From: Syntrophomonas sp.
GTDB lineage: Bacteria > Bacillota > Syntrophomonadia > Syntrophomonadales > Syntrophomonadaceae
Direction of reading: 5' to 3'
Length of the DNA stretch: 46,311 nt
NCBI GenBank assembly: GCA_041672985.1
Contig: JBAYYO010000001.1
Span: forward strand, 1-46,311
The notes under the pieces were generated by a model. It made no database searches. It was not told the DNA's origin and saw only the letters and a list, made by a program, of their open reading frames with translations. A program made the translations under genes and the position numbers. This document shows, one piece after another, positions 19,180 through 28,602 of the stretch (positions are counted from its first letter, which is position 1; every line of letters begins with the position of its first letter).

Positions 19180-20148
19180 CTAGTATTCTCTACCGGAAAT
19201 AAAATCAGCTATTTCATACAAAGAATTTTTCCCCAGCATATCGGGCAGGAAATCTAGTTGCTGTCTGGCCTTTTCTGCAAATCTATTGCTTATATAGTAG
19301 GCGTAATCAATCCCATCACTTTCGTTTATCAAATTTACAATCTCTTCAGCCTGGCTTAAACACAAGTCAGGTGATGATAAAAGTCTGCCCAGTTGTTCAC
19401 GTTGGGATCCACACCTCAAAGCATAAATGGCTGGCAGGGTAATTACTCCTTGTCTAATATCGCTCCCAACTGGTTTTCCAAGAATCTCCTCATCGGCCAC
19501 AAAATCCAGAATATCATCTGTGATCTGAAAGGCCATGCCCAGGTGGTATCCATATCTTTTAAGAGCCAAAACCTGAGCTTTTGTGGCTGGACTGATCATT
19601 GCTCCCAGTTGACAACTGACCGATATCAACAGGGCGGTTTTTCTCTCGATCCGACGCAGATAATCTTTGAGTCCCTGGTGAATATTATAACAGCTGAGCA
19701 TTTGCTTAATCTCACCTTCGCAAATCCGCATGCTGGTATCGGCCAGAACATCTAATACGTCACTACGCTGGTATGGTGCAACCAGGCATAGCGATCTGGC
19801 CAGAATATAATTGCCGGTGTATATGGATAAACGGTTGCCCCATTTACTTTTGACGGTCGGTTGTCCACGCCGTAATTCAGAATTATCTATGACATCGTCA
19901 TGAACCAAGCTCGCCATGTGAATCAATTCCAGAGCGACAGCCAGGGGAATAGCATGCTGCACGGAATTATTGAATAACTTGGCTGCCAGCAGCGTAAATG
20001 CGGGCCGCAGCCTCTTGCCACCCGCTCTAATCAAGTGGGTAGCAGCTTGATCCAGCACTGGTATTTCCGTATCAATGCTGGTGATTAATTCCTGCTCAAC
20101 CAATTCCAACTCTGTACTTATAGGATTAAAAATCTCTAAATTTGTCAT
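19180..20148 (-). CDS. hepT: Long-chain polyprenyl diphosphate synthase (HepT/IspB-like)
   Basis: 322 aa. Both Asp-rich motifs are present (LVHDDVIDNS and FQITDDILDF). Confidence 0.85.
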   Translation of the reverse strand: MTNLEIFNPISTELELVEQELITSIDTEIPVLDQAATHLIRAGGKRLRPAFTLLAAKLFNNSVQHAIPLAVALELIHMASLVHDDVIDNSELRRGQPTVKSKWGNRLSIYTGNYILARSLCLVAPYQRSDVLDVLADTSMRICEGEIKQMLSCYNIHQGLKDYLRRIERKTALLISVSCQLGAMISPATKAQVLALKRYGYHLGMAFQITDDILDFVADEEILGKPVGSDIRQGVITLPAIYALRCGSQREQLGRLLSSPDLCLSQAEEIVNLINESDGIDYAYYISNRFAEKARQQLDFLPDMLGKNSLYEIADFISGREY

Positions 20149-20221
20149 TATATTCCCCTTATCAACCTAAATACTATATAATTATATATTCGAATCCATC
20201 TAAAAACCAACTTAAAATGAA

Positions 20222-20818
20222 TCAATCAACATCTGGTCCCTGATACCTACGAAATATATCATGGGGAATCTTCATTACATCCAATACTTTTCCTACCATA
20301 AAAAGTATTATTTCATTTATTGATTCGGGTCGATGATAGAAGGCAGGCATAGCTGGGACGATGGCAACACCCATATCCGCCAGCATTAACATGTTGCGTA
20401 AATGCACCTTGCTCAGGGGGGTTTCTCGCGGAACTATGATCAATAACCTTTTCTCCTTGAGCATAACATCGGCAGTGCGCTCAATAAGGTTGTTTGACAT
20501 GCCGTTAGCAACAGCTGCCAAAGTTGACATTGTACAGGGGATAACTACCATGGCATCTGCAACAAATGAGCCGCTGGCTATTCGAGCCCCAATATCAGTA
20601 TTTTTATAATAATAAAGCTTCCCCGCCGGTAAATGCGCGCGCAACATTTCTTCTGGGGCAGTATCGCTCGGCCAGTCTATTTCCTGCTGCAATACCAGCA
20701 CGCCTGGTTCACTAACTACCAGATGCACTTCGTGCTCCCTTTTTAGCAGTTGGGCGATAAGCTCCAGACCATATACGACCCCACTGGCACCGGTTAAAGC
20801 CACAATATATCTCGACAA
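20222..20818 (-). CDS. ubiX: Flavin prenyltransferase UbiX (MqnL-type)
   Basis: 198 aa, YIVALTGASGVVYG... TTG start with GAAGGTG upstream. Confidence 0.9.
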   Translation of the reverse strand: MSRYIVALTGASGVVYGLELIAQLLKREHEVHLVVSEPGVLVLQQEIDWPSDTAPEEMLRAHLPAGKLYYYKNTDIGARIASGSFVADAMVVIPCTMSTLAAVANGMSNNLIERTADVMLKEKRLLIIVPRETPLSKVHLRNMLMLADMGVAIVPAMPAFYHRPESINEIILFMVGKVLDVMKIPHDIFRRYQGPDVD

Positions 20819-20882
20819 TAAATCACCTTCTTATGTCCTTTAGTGGTATTTTGGTCCTCCCTGCCAACTGCAGGATTTTAGT

Positions 20883-21743
20883 CTAGGCAAGTATATCCAG
20901 CAGCGTCGTAGTAAAAATGATCAAACCAACATAATGATTAATTTTAAAAGAAGCAAAATTAACTCGCGCTAAATTGCCCGGAGTCACAATAATATGTTCA
21001 TAGAGCAGCAGCAGGCCCGTGAAAATAATTCCTGCATAATACCAGATCCCCAGATGTAAAACTATCCCATTTAGGATCAAGAAAGCCACCGTAAATAGAT
21101 GAAACATTGCTGAAAACATTAAGGCCCCACGTTCCCCAAAACGCGCCGGAATAGAATAAAGACCACGGGCACGGTCAAATTTGATATCCTGGCAGGCATA
21201 CATAGTATCAAAGCCGGCTATCCAACAGGCTACGGCCATCCATAATATTAAGGGCTCCCAGGCAAATTGTCCTGTTATGGCTATCCAGCCCCCAACCGGA
21301 CCTATTCCTACCGCCATGCCCAAAAGAAGATGACACCACCAGGTAAATCTTTTAGTGTAGGAGTACACCCACAAGATTAAAACAGCTAACGGTGCCAGCT
21401 TGACGCATAATAGATTAAGCTGCCCGGCAGCAAAAAACAGTATCACAAAAAAAAGTACCACCAGCAACCAGACTCCAGCAACAGGCAGTTCACCCGCTGC
21501 CATAACCCATCCCTCAGTACGGGGGTTAGCTCGATCAATTCTGCGATCAATTAAACGATTCAGGCATAGGGCAGCTGAACGAGCACTTAACATAGCTACT
21601 GTAATCCACAGCAACTGCTTTATGGAGGGTATACCCGGTATGGCTAGAAATGCCCCCAAATAAGCAAAAGGCAAACCGAAAAGCGTATGTCCAAAGTCTA
21701 TCATTGCCAAAAATTTGCGAACTTTAATCAATTCCGTATTCAC
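20883..21743 (-). CDS. ubiA: UbiA-family aromatic prenyltransferase (menaquinone, MqnP-type)
   Basis: 286 aa polytopic membrane protein. The N-terminal FGHTLFGLPFAY and NRLIDRRIDRANPRT (NxxxDxxxD) motifs are present. The exact start is uncertain (GTG 21743 or TTG 21731). Confidence 0.85.
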   Translation of the reverse strand: MNTELIKVRKFLAMIDFGHTLFGLPFAYLGAFLAIPGIPSIKQLLWITVAMLSARSAALCLNRLIDRRIDRANPRTEGWVMAAGELPVAGVWLLVVLFFVILFFAAGQLNLLCVKLAPLAVLILWVYSYTKRFTWWCHLLLGMAVGIGPVGGWIAITGQFAWEPLILWMAVACWIAGFDTMYACQDIKFDRARGLYSIPARFGERGALMFSAMFHLFTVAFLILNGIVLHLGIWYYAGIIFTGLLLLYEHIIVTPGNLARVNFASFKINHYVGLIIFTTTLLDILA

Positions 21744-23175
21744 TCCACCGGGCCGTTACCTTATCAATTATTTCCTGGCTCATTATTATATCATCCGGCC
21801 ATTCACGCATGTGTCCTTCACTGGCCCATTTCTTGGTAGCATCTATACCCATCTTAGAACCGAAAAGCGGCAAGGGTGCCGAATGATCAAGAACATCGAG
21901 CGGACCCTCGACAATCATAGTGTCCCTTTGGGGATCAGCATTATTAAAGACTTTCCACAAAACTTCAGATAAATTCTGAACATTTACATCTTTGTCAACC
22001 ACTACGATATACTTGGCAAACATCATCTGCCCCATACCCCACAACGCATTCATTATCTTGCGGGCATGGCCCGGATAGGCCTTTTTTATCGATATGAACA
22101 CACAATTATGGAAGACCCCTTCCATCGGCATATGCATATCCACCACTTCGGCCAACTGCATTTTCAGAAGCGGCAGGAAGATCCGTTCGCTGGCCAGGGC
22201 CAGATAACAATCCTCCTGGGGAGGCTTGCCTACGATTGTGGTCGGATAAATAGCATCTTTACGATGGGTTATACATTTGATGTGAAAAACCGGGTATTCG
22301 CCGGTTAGCGAATAATAACCCGTATGATCTCCGAATGGTCCTTCTATACGACTTTCCGCAGGATCAATATAGCCTTCTAAAACGATTTCGGCATCAGCGG
22401 GAACTTCCATATCGATCGTTTTACATTTTACAAGTTCTACCGGTTTCTTCCTTAAAAAACCGGCAAAAATCAGCTCATCTATCTCTTTGGGCAGAGGCGC
22501 TGTAGCAGCATAAGCAATAGCCGGATCTCCTCCTAAAGCAACTGCCACTTCCACCATCGGGGTGCCCATCTCTTTATTCAAACGATAATTCTCGGCTCCA
22601 TCATGATGAATATGCCAGTGCATCCCGGTGGTATTCTTATCGTAAACCTGCAATCGATACATGCCTACATTCCTTTTTCCGTTGCGAGGATCACGGGTGA
22701 AGACTTGAGGGAGGGTGATAAATTTGCCCCCATCATCCGGCCAGCATTTAAGAATTGGCAATTTATCCAGAGATGGCTCCATACATACAACCTCCTGGCA
22801 GGAGCCGCTTTTAACCATCTTGGGAAAGAAAGAAGAAAGCTGGGCTAATATCGGTACCATCTTAACTTTACCCAGCAAAGAATCGGGAACATTATCGGCC
22901 AATTGCAGCAATCCCGTGATTTCATCGCCAATAGCATCCAGGTCTTCAACTTGCAGACTCCAGGACATGCGCTTGCTGCTGCCATAAGCATTGATCAAAA
23001 CCGGCATCTCAGAGCCTTTTACATTCTCAAAAAGCAAAGCCGGTCCCTCAGCCTTGCTGACTCTATCCGTAATTTCAGTTATTTCCAGTTCCGGGTCAAC
23101 CAATGTTTTGATGCGGCACAACTCTCCCCGGTCTTCCAGGACTTTAATGAATTCGTGCAAATCTTTATAGGCCAT
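21724..23175 (-). CDS. ubiD: UbiD-family (prenylated-FMN dependent) decarboxylase, menaquinone type
   Basis: UbiD-family sequence throughout. I prefer the ATG at 23175 (GGAGGTG 6 nt upstream); the ORF-track GTG at 23184 is part of that ribosome-binding site. The gene overlaps the ubiA start by 20 nt. Confidence 0.88.
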   Translation of the reverse strand: MAYKDLHEFIKVLEDRGELCRIKTLVDPELEITEITDRVSKAEGPALLFENVKGSEMPVLINAYGSSKRMSWSLQVEDLDAIGDEITGLLQLADNVPDSLLGKVKMVPILAQLSSFFPKMVKSGSCQEVVCMEPSLDKLPILKCWPDDGGKFITLPQVFTRDPRNGKRNVGMYRLQVYDKNTTGMHWHIHHDGAENYRLNKEMGTPMVEVAVALGGDPAIAYAATAPLPKEIDELIFAGFLRKKPVELVKCKTIDMEVPADAEIVLEGYIDPAESRIEGPFGDHTGYYSLTGEYPVFHIKCITHRKDAIYPTTIVGKPPQEDCYLALASERIFLPLLKMQLAEVVDMHMPMEGVFHNCVFISIKKAYPGHARKIMNALWGMGQMMFAKYIVVVDKDVNVQNLSEVLWKVFNNADPQRDTMIVEGPLDVLDHSAPLPLFGSKMGIDATKKWASEGHMREWPDDIIMSQEIIDKVTARWSEYGID

Positions 23176-23911
23176 CTGCGTCACCTCCGGTATTATTGCT
23201 TATTTGTTGCATCAGGACCTCCAATTCTCCCTTTTTTAAAACCTCAGCGTCCTGCAGCTGTCGCATTAGTGACTCCGCTTTATATAAATAAGTACGGCCA
23301 CACTTTTCCTGGTGATAAATATATATTAACTCTACAGCCATACCTAAATTATGTCCAATCTCACTATAAATGTCTGCTGTTTCAGGTTTTAATCCCGCCA
23401 TTTTACCAGCGGTGAGGAAGGCGTTGGTATATAGAGGAGCTCTAGTTTTGGTCAGCACATCCTCCAGACCGCCATGCAAAGTATGTTTAATTACCAACCC
23501 TTCATTGATACTGCATATCATGGTGGCAAATATATTTAGTAATTTGTCAGCATCAGCCTCAAGCAATAATTTTAGGACTCTGCCGAAAATATAATCTCCA
23601 ATGAGTATCGCAAACTGTAATTCCTGGTTGTGTATTTGCCCTTCCTCGTCGTCTTTAGCAAGTATGTGAATTATATTGGCAAAGTTTATGGTCTTGAAAA
23701 TATTTGCCATCTGAATGGTCAATTCCCCTTCAATCCCTAAATACCTATAGGCATTAATGACCATGGCGGGGAGCAATTTGTAACCTAAATCCTGGTCCGC
23801 TTCGGGAACATAGATAGATATTTCATCCCACCAGGGCAACAGGCTTCTTTGGAATGTATTATTAACTTCTCGCAGATCGTCTTGCATCTCCCTAGTGAAA
23901 ATAAACTCCAT
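23165..23911 (-). CDS. Degenerate polyprenyl-synthase-like protein (possible non-catalytic HepS-like partner subunit)
   Basis: It aligns by eye with the HepT paralog in this window (IGDYIFGRVLKLL versus TGNYILARSLCLV). Both DDxxD motifs are lost (HILAKDDEEG and VELIYIYHQEK at the corresponding places). I prefer the start at ATG 23911 (MEFIFTRE...). Confidence 0.55.
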   Translation of the reverse strand: MEFIFTREMQDDLREVNNTFQRSLLPWWDEISIYVPEADQDLGYKLLPAMVINAYRYLGIEGELTIQMANIFKTINFANIIHILAKDDEEGQIHNQELQFAILIGDYIFGRVLKLLLEADADKLLNIFATMICSINEGLVIKHTLHGGLEDVLTKTRAPLYTNAFLTAGKMAGLKPETADIYSEIGHNLGMAVELIYIYHQEKCGRTYLYKAESLMRQLQDAEVLKKGELEVLMQQISNNTGGDADGL

Positions 23912-24128
23912 GGATAAGTCCCCCCAGTCAAAAGATAACACAATTATTAATAAGTACCGCTTTTCTATCATTCAACAAAATACAAGTATTTCCTGCCTAA
24001 TATTATTGTTTACATTTAAATAGTAAATATTTTAACATGCTGCTTGCCTTTATATCATACATTAATAATCATTACAATTAAATTATAATTCATAGCACTA
24101 CTCCCATTATTTGAGCCTATAAACAACT

Positions 24129-24161
24129 AGACCTCACTTGCAACTATTTCAAGTAAGGTCT
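24129..24161 (-). terminator. Probable terminator of speH
   Basis: A 12-bp stem with one mismatch (agacctcacttg / caagtaaggtct), followed on the minus strand by a T-rich stretch. Confidence 0.45.
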
Positions 24162-24218
24162 TAGTTATAATTATTAATATTTTTACTCCTACTTCGGTCT
24201 ACTAAAATAGTATCCCTC

Positions 24219-24608
24219 CTAAATATTTACCACCATGCGCTCTTCCTGGTTTACTATTAATCCCCTCGTAATTTCCTGTGCATTTACATATTCGGCTCCA
24301 AACGCTTCTGCAACAAAATTACATGCGTCCCATGGATTGACCTTTTCCCCACAGGTAAAGACATCTACTGCTGCATATCCCAATTCGGGCCAGGTATGAA
24401 TCGCAAGGTGAGACTCTGAAATAACAACTACACCACTTACCCCTTGAGGACTAAACTTATGGAAAACCACTTCCCTAACCTCAGCGCCAGCCTCCAAAGC
24501 CGCATTTACCATGATATCCTCTACCTTTTGGATATCATTTAACGCTTCAAATCGACATCCGTAAACTTCGGCTAAAACGTGTCGCCCCAAAGCCTGCAAT
24601 AATGTCAA
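24219..24608 (-). CDS. speH: S-adenosylmethionine decarboxylase proenzyme (small pyruvoyl type)
   Basis: [12 protein letters not shown]..., with the self-cleavage site [18 protein letters not shown] start at 24608 or, with better ribosome-binding-site spacing, TTG at 24599. Confidence 0.88.
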   Translation of the reverse strand: MTLLQALGRHVLAEVYGCRFEALNDIQKVEDIMVNAALEAGAEVREVVFHKFSPQGVSGVVVISESHLAIHTWPELGYAAVDVFTCGEKVNPWDACNFVAEAFGAEYVNAQEITRGLIVNQEERMVVNI

Positions 24609-24858
24609 CCCCCTTCAATTCAATTATAATGCCGTTCCCAAACCTCCTTTTTATTATTAGCAGAAAACATACATGTAGAATTTTAGCACAATCATTTTGC
24701 ATGTCAACAATTCATTAAGAAATATTCACGTGCACGCGTTACCGGCTCGCTTTTTTCAGTCCTTTTTATCCCTGGGACTTGAATTTTCCAGCTCGTAATG
24801 ATAATTTTAATGTTGGTTTAACATTCAGGTTAGATTAAAAAGCAGGAGGAACTAAGGG

Positions 24859-25854
24859 ATGACAAGCAGGAAGAGGATACTGACCGGTGACAGACCCACT
24901 GGCAAGCTGCATCTGGGCCATTATGTAGGCAGTGTGGCCAATAGAGTCAGACTGCAGGAAGAATATGACAGCTATATTATTATTGCCGATGTTCAGGCTT
25001 TAACCACCAATTTTGAAAATCCCGAGAACCTCAGTAAGGATACCTGGCAGATTGCTGAGGACTATTTGGCCGCAGGACTAAATCCAGAGATTTCAACCAT
25101 ATTTATTCAAAGTATGATTCCGGAGATCCATGAATTAGCAGCTTATTTTTCTATGTTCACGTCAGTAAATGTATTAAGACATAACCCCACCGTGAAGTCT
25201 GAAGCACAGCAGCATGGGTTCAATGATATGACCTATGGTTTTTTAGGCTATCCGGTTAGCCAGGCAGCTGACATCAGTATTTTCAAGGCCCACCTGGTTC
25301 CAGTTGGGGAAGACCAGATTCCCCATCTTGAACTGGCTCGCAAAATTGTAAGACGATTCAATGACCTATACCGGCCTGTATTGGTGGAACCAGAGATATT
25401 GGTAGGCGAAGTACCCCGGTTGGTTGGACTGGATGGAAAAACCAAAATGAGCAAAAGTCTTAATAATGCCATCTATTTAAGTGATAACTCCCCTGAGATA
25501 AAGAAAAAGGTTATGGACGCTGTGACCGATCCAGCCAGAATTCATAAAAACGACCCCGGTCACCCGGAGGTCTGCACAGTCTTCGAGTATCACAAGGTTT
25601 TCAATCAGGTGGAGGTCCAACAAATAGAAGAGGATTGTCGGCAAGGAACAATCGGTTGTGTGAACTGCAAGAAAAAGCTGGCCGGATGTATTGATGCCCT
25701 GCTCGAGCCCATGCACGAAAGACGCCAAAAATACTCAGCTAATCCCACCCTGATCAAAGATATTTTGCTGGAGGGAACCAAGAAGGCACACCGGGTAGCC
25801 AAAGAAACCATGAGCGAAGTAAGAGACGCTATGGGCATAAACTACTTCGGTTAG
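24859..25854 (+). CDS. trpS: Tryptophan--tRNA ligase
   Basis: 331 aa with the HIGH-type motif (TGKLHLGHYVG) and KMSKS. AGGAGG ribosome-binding site. Confidence 0.95.
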   Translation: MTSRKRILTGDRPTGKLHLGHYVGSVANRVRLQEEYDSYIIIADVQALTTNFENPENLSKDTWQIAEDYLAAGLNPEISTIFIQSMIPEIHELAAYFSMFTSVNVLRHNPTVKSEAQQHGFNDMTYGFLGYPVSQAADISIFKAHLVPVGEDQIPHLELARKIVRRFNDLYRPVLVEPEILVGEVPRLVGLDGKTKMSKSLNNAIYLSDNSPEIKKKVMDAVTDPARIHKNDPGHPEVCTVFEYHKVFNQVEVQQIEEDCRQGTIGCVNCKKKLAGCIDALLEPMHERRQKYSANPTLIKDILLEGTKKAHRVAKETMSEVRDAMGINYFG

Positions 25855-26059
25855 ACACGACACAAGGACGTTTTTGGTTTGTCATCTTACCATAAGGGGA
25901 TGGTCCTTTTGTTGCAAAGGTAACTTCACCTCTTTCTATTTGTTTAGGTTTGGGTTTTGGTTACCTTATAAACTCGACAAAAGCAGGGGTGAAGCCTTTA
26001 TTTTTACTTCACTAAGTCCCTATTTTATTAGGGTTTCAAGCATGAACTATTCTCAATAA

Positions 26060-26893
26060 TCAAAGCACTATTTTATTATCCATAAGGGCTAATTTTACTA
26101 TCTGTTCATGCAACTTCCGAAAGTTGTCCGGGGTTAAAGATTGCTTCCCATCAGATAGGGCTCTGTCAGGCTCAGGGTGCACCTCCACCATTACCCCATC
26201 AGCACCTGCCGCAATAGCAGCTTTGGCCACCGGAGTCACTATCTTCCATTTCCCGGTAGCATGACTGGGATCTACTATTATAGGTAAATGGGATAGGACT
26301 TTTATTAAAGCTACGGCCCCAATATCAACCGTGTTGCGGGTATAGGTTTCGAAAGTGCGGATGCCGCGTTCACATAGAATTACATTAGGATTCCCGTTAT
26401 TTAGTATGTATTCGGCGGCCAGGAGCCATTCCTCAATGGTAGCCGCCAAACCCCTTTTTAGAAGGATCGGCTTGTCCAGCCTGCCCACCTCCTCAAGCAG
26501 AGCAAAGTTTTGCATACTCCGGCTGCCAATCTGGATTATATCAACTTCTTCACACATATAATCCAGGTCTCTGACATCCATTACCTCGCTTATCAGGGGC
26601 AACCCGGTGATATCACGGGCTTCAACCATGATTGCCAGCCCATCTCTGCCCAGACCTTTAAAGGAATAGGGTGAAGTACGGGGCTTAAAAAGGCCGCCCC
26701 TTAGTATATGAGCCCCCATCGCTTTAAGTTTAAGAGCAATCTCCAGATAATCCTCCCGGCTTTCAACCGCGCAGGGCCCGGCAATAATCGTACAGTAGCC
26801 TTCCCCTATGAACACAGTTCGCTCCCGTCCCGGTATTTCCACCAGAGTGTCCTGGCCACCTGCATCGCGCGCAGCCATTTTAAAAGGTTTCAT
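26060..26893 (-). CDS. aroF: 3-deoxy-7-phosphoheptulonate (DAHP) synthase, type I-beta
   Basis: 277 aa of AroF/KdsA-like TIM-barrel sequence (IIAGPCAVES..., KPRTSPYSFKGLG, VDPSHATG). Confidence 0.85.
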   Translation of the reverse strand: MKPFKMAARDAGGQDTLVEIPGRERTVFIGEGYCTIIAGPCAVESREDYLEIALKLKAMGAHILRGGLFKPRTSPYSFKGLGRDGLAIMVEARDITGLPLISEVMDVRDLDYMCEEVDIIQIGSRSMQNFALLEEVGRLDKPILLKRGLAATIEEWLLAAEYILNNGNPNVILCERGIRTFETYTRNTVDIGAVALIKVLSHLPIIVDPSHATGKWKIVTPVAKAAIAAGADGVMVEVHPEPDRALSDGKQSLTPDNFRKLHEQIVKLALMDNKIVL

Positions 26894-27048
26894 GTATAAT
26901 CCTCCACAAATTAAAACCTAAAGAATGTTTGCAATTAGTATAACATGAGCTAAACTTAAAAATACTTAACAATATTGTATAACTTTTGTCACCCATATAA
27001 TGCGCCTTTTTTTATTGTCTAGCAAGGTTATGTGAATAGGAGAGATAG

Positions 27049-27942
27049 ATGACTGCAAATATCAAAATAGCAGTATGTCAGATGAGGGTCTCCGAACGGA
27101 AATCCCTAAACCTCAAGCATGCTGGAGAGATGATTAGGAAAGCTTCTCTCCAAGGAGCCCAAATGGTAATTCTGCCGGAATTTTTCAATTCTCCCTACAA
27201 TACACGGATTATGGCTGAAAATGCGGAGTGTTTTCCGGGGGAAACCACTGCTTTTTTATCTGAGCAAGCCCGTAGTAATGCGATTTTGTTAGTGGGTGGT
27301 TCTATCCCGGAAGTGGATGCGGACGGCAAGCTATACAACACCAGTTATGTGTTTGATGAACAGGGCCTTCTGATTGGCAAACACCGTAAAATGCACCTCT
27401 TTGATATTGATATTCCTGGGCAAATTACTTTTAAGGAATCCGAAATCCTCACAGCAGGGGATGGGCTGCAAATAATAAGACATAATGGTTTATCTTGGGC
27501 GGTAATAATCTGCTATGATATCAGATTTCCTGAACTGACTCGCATGGCAGCATTGCAGGGTGCACAGATTTTAATCGTACCCGCCGCATTTAATGGGACG
27601 ACCGGCCCAGCTCATTGGGAGTTATTGATGAGAACCAGAGCGGTTGACAACCAGTTGTTCGTCGCCGCTGCCTCCCCCGCCCCCAATCCGGATGCCAATT
27701 ATCAGCCCTGGGGACATTCCCTGGTGGTTGACCCCTGGGGGACAGTTATATCCGCCGCTGGAAATGATGAAGAAATACTTGTTTGTAATATTAATTTATC
27801 AATATTGGACCGGGTGCGGCGAGAATTGCCCCTTTTGAAGCATAGAAGAACTGACCTCTATGAGTTGAATTATAAGCAATGGACATCCCCGGCTGAATGC
27901 ACCCATGATTGGCAGGGAACAAAGACCAATGAGCTAGGGTGA
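27049..27942 (+). CDS. Carbon-nitrogen hydrolase (nitrilase superfamily, omega-amidase/Nit2-like)
   Basis: The Glu-Lys-Cys triad contexts are visible: VILPEFF, HRKMHLF, AVIICYDIRFPE. Confidence 0.85.
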   Translation: MTANIKIAVCQMRVSERKSLNLKHAGEMIRKASLQGAQMVILPEFFNSPYNTRIMAENAECFPGETTAFLSEQARSNAILLVGGSIPEVDADGKLYNTSYVFDEQGLLIGKHRKMHLFDIDIPGQITFKESEILTAGDGLQIIRHNGLSWAVIICYDIRFPELTRMAALQGAQILIVPAAFNGTTGPAHWELLMRTRAVDNQLFVAAASPAPNPDANYQPWGHSLVVDPWGTVISAAGNDEEILVCNINLSILDRVRRELPLLKHRRTDLYELNYKQWTSPAECTHDWQGTKTNELG

Positions 27943-28138
27943 TTTTGACAGGCTGGGGCTATAAGCACTGATGATTTTGGGGGGACAAAAATCGCCCCCC
28001 GAATATACAGGTATTTTCTACAGGCCTGCAACCAGCGGATGGGTTGGCATAGCTTTATTTAAAGGTTTATAAACCCACAAGACCAAAGGATAGGGACAGG
28101 AGAGTTTTTGAAAATAGATAGGCAACCAGGCTTTGACT

Positions 28139-28504
28139 TTAATCTTTAATTAAATCCTTACGTAATTGGACAGCGTCCCTGAGGAAAACATGGTTGATTT
28201 CCTCCTGAGACTTGTCGGTGTTCACATGCAGCAATACCCGGATGCAAAGCGGAAGTGCATCGACGACAGCTATCTCCTGGGTACACAGCAGGGGAACCTG
28301 CTCCAAACCTATGGATCGGGCAGCTTGAGCCGGAAAGACAGACTTGATATCAGGTGTAACCGTAAATAAGATACTGGCGATGTCCTGCGAATTCAGATCA
28401 TTTTGTTTAGTAATTTCTTCCAGCAACTCACGGGTGGCCAGTAAAACCTGGCTTGGGTCATCTTCTTTTACAGTAATCGCGCCTCTTATTCCTCTTACCA
28501 ACAT
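28139..28504 (-). CDS. aroH: Chorismate mutase, AroH class
   Basis: 121 aa, MLVRGIRGAITV...SILFTVTPDI...PLLCTQE, typical of the monofunctional AroH type. Confidence 0.85.
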   Translation of the reverse strand: MLVRGIRGAITVKEDDPSQVLLATRELLEEITKQNDLNSQDIASILFTVTPDIKSVFPAQAARSIGLEQVPLLCTQEIAVVDALPLCIRVLLHVNTDKSQEEINHVFLRDAVQLRKDLIKD

Positions 28505-28602
28505 TCTTCCGTCCTCCTTGGCTTCCTTTCTCTTGGGACTTGTCCCAGGCCTATGGAGCCTGCTCGCCCCCTGCCACAGAAAATCCCTTGCTCCTGCAAT
28601 CT

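Noticed and set aside
24609-24858. A T-box leader or other attenuator upstream of trpS, which is common for trpS in Firmicutes.
   Set aside because: I searched the 250-nt leader for the T-box consensus (GGGUGGUACCGCG), a specifier-loop/AGAGA arrangement, and a terminator/antiterminator pair. None is present. There are only small palindromes (cacgtgcacgcgt) and a 6-bp hairpin (aatgtt/aacatt).
28064-28075. A perfect 12-nt palindrome, ggtttataaacc, downstream of the nitrilase gene and aroH.
   Set aside because: It is short and AT-rich, lies in a convergent 3' region with no promoter to regulate, and is compatible with chance.
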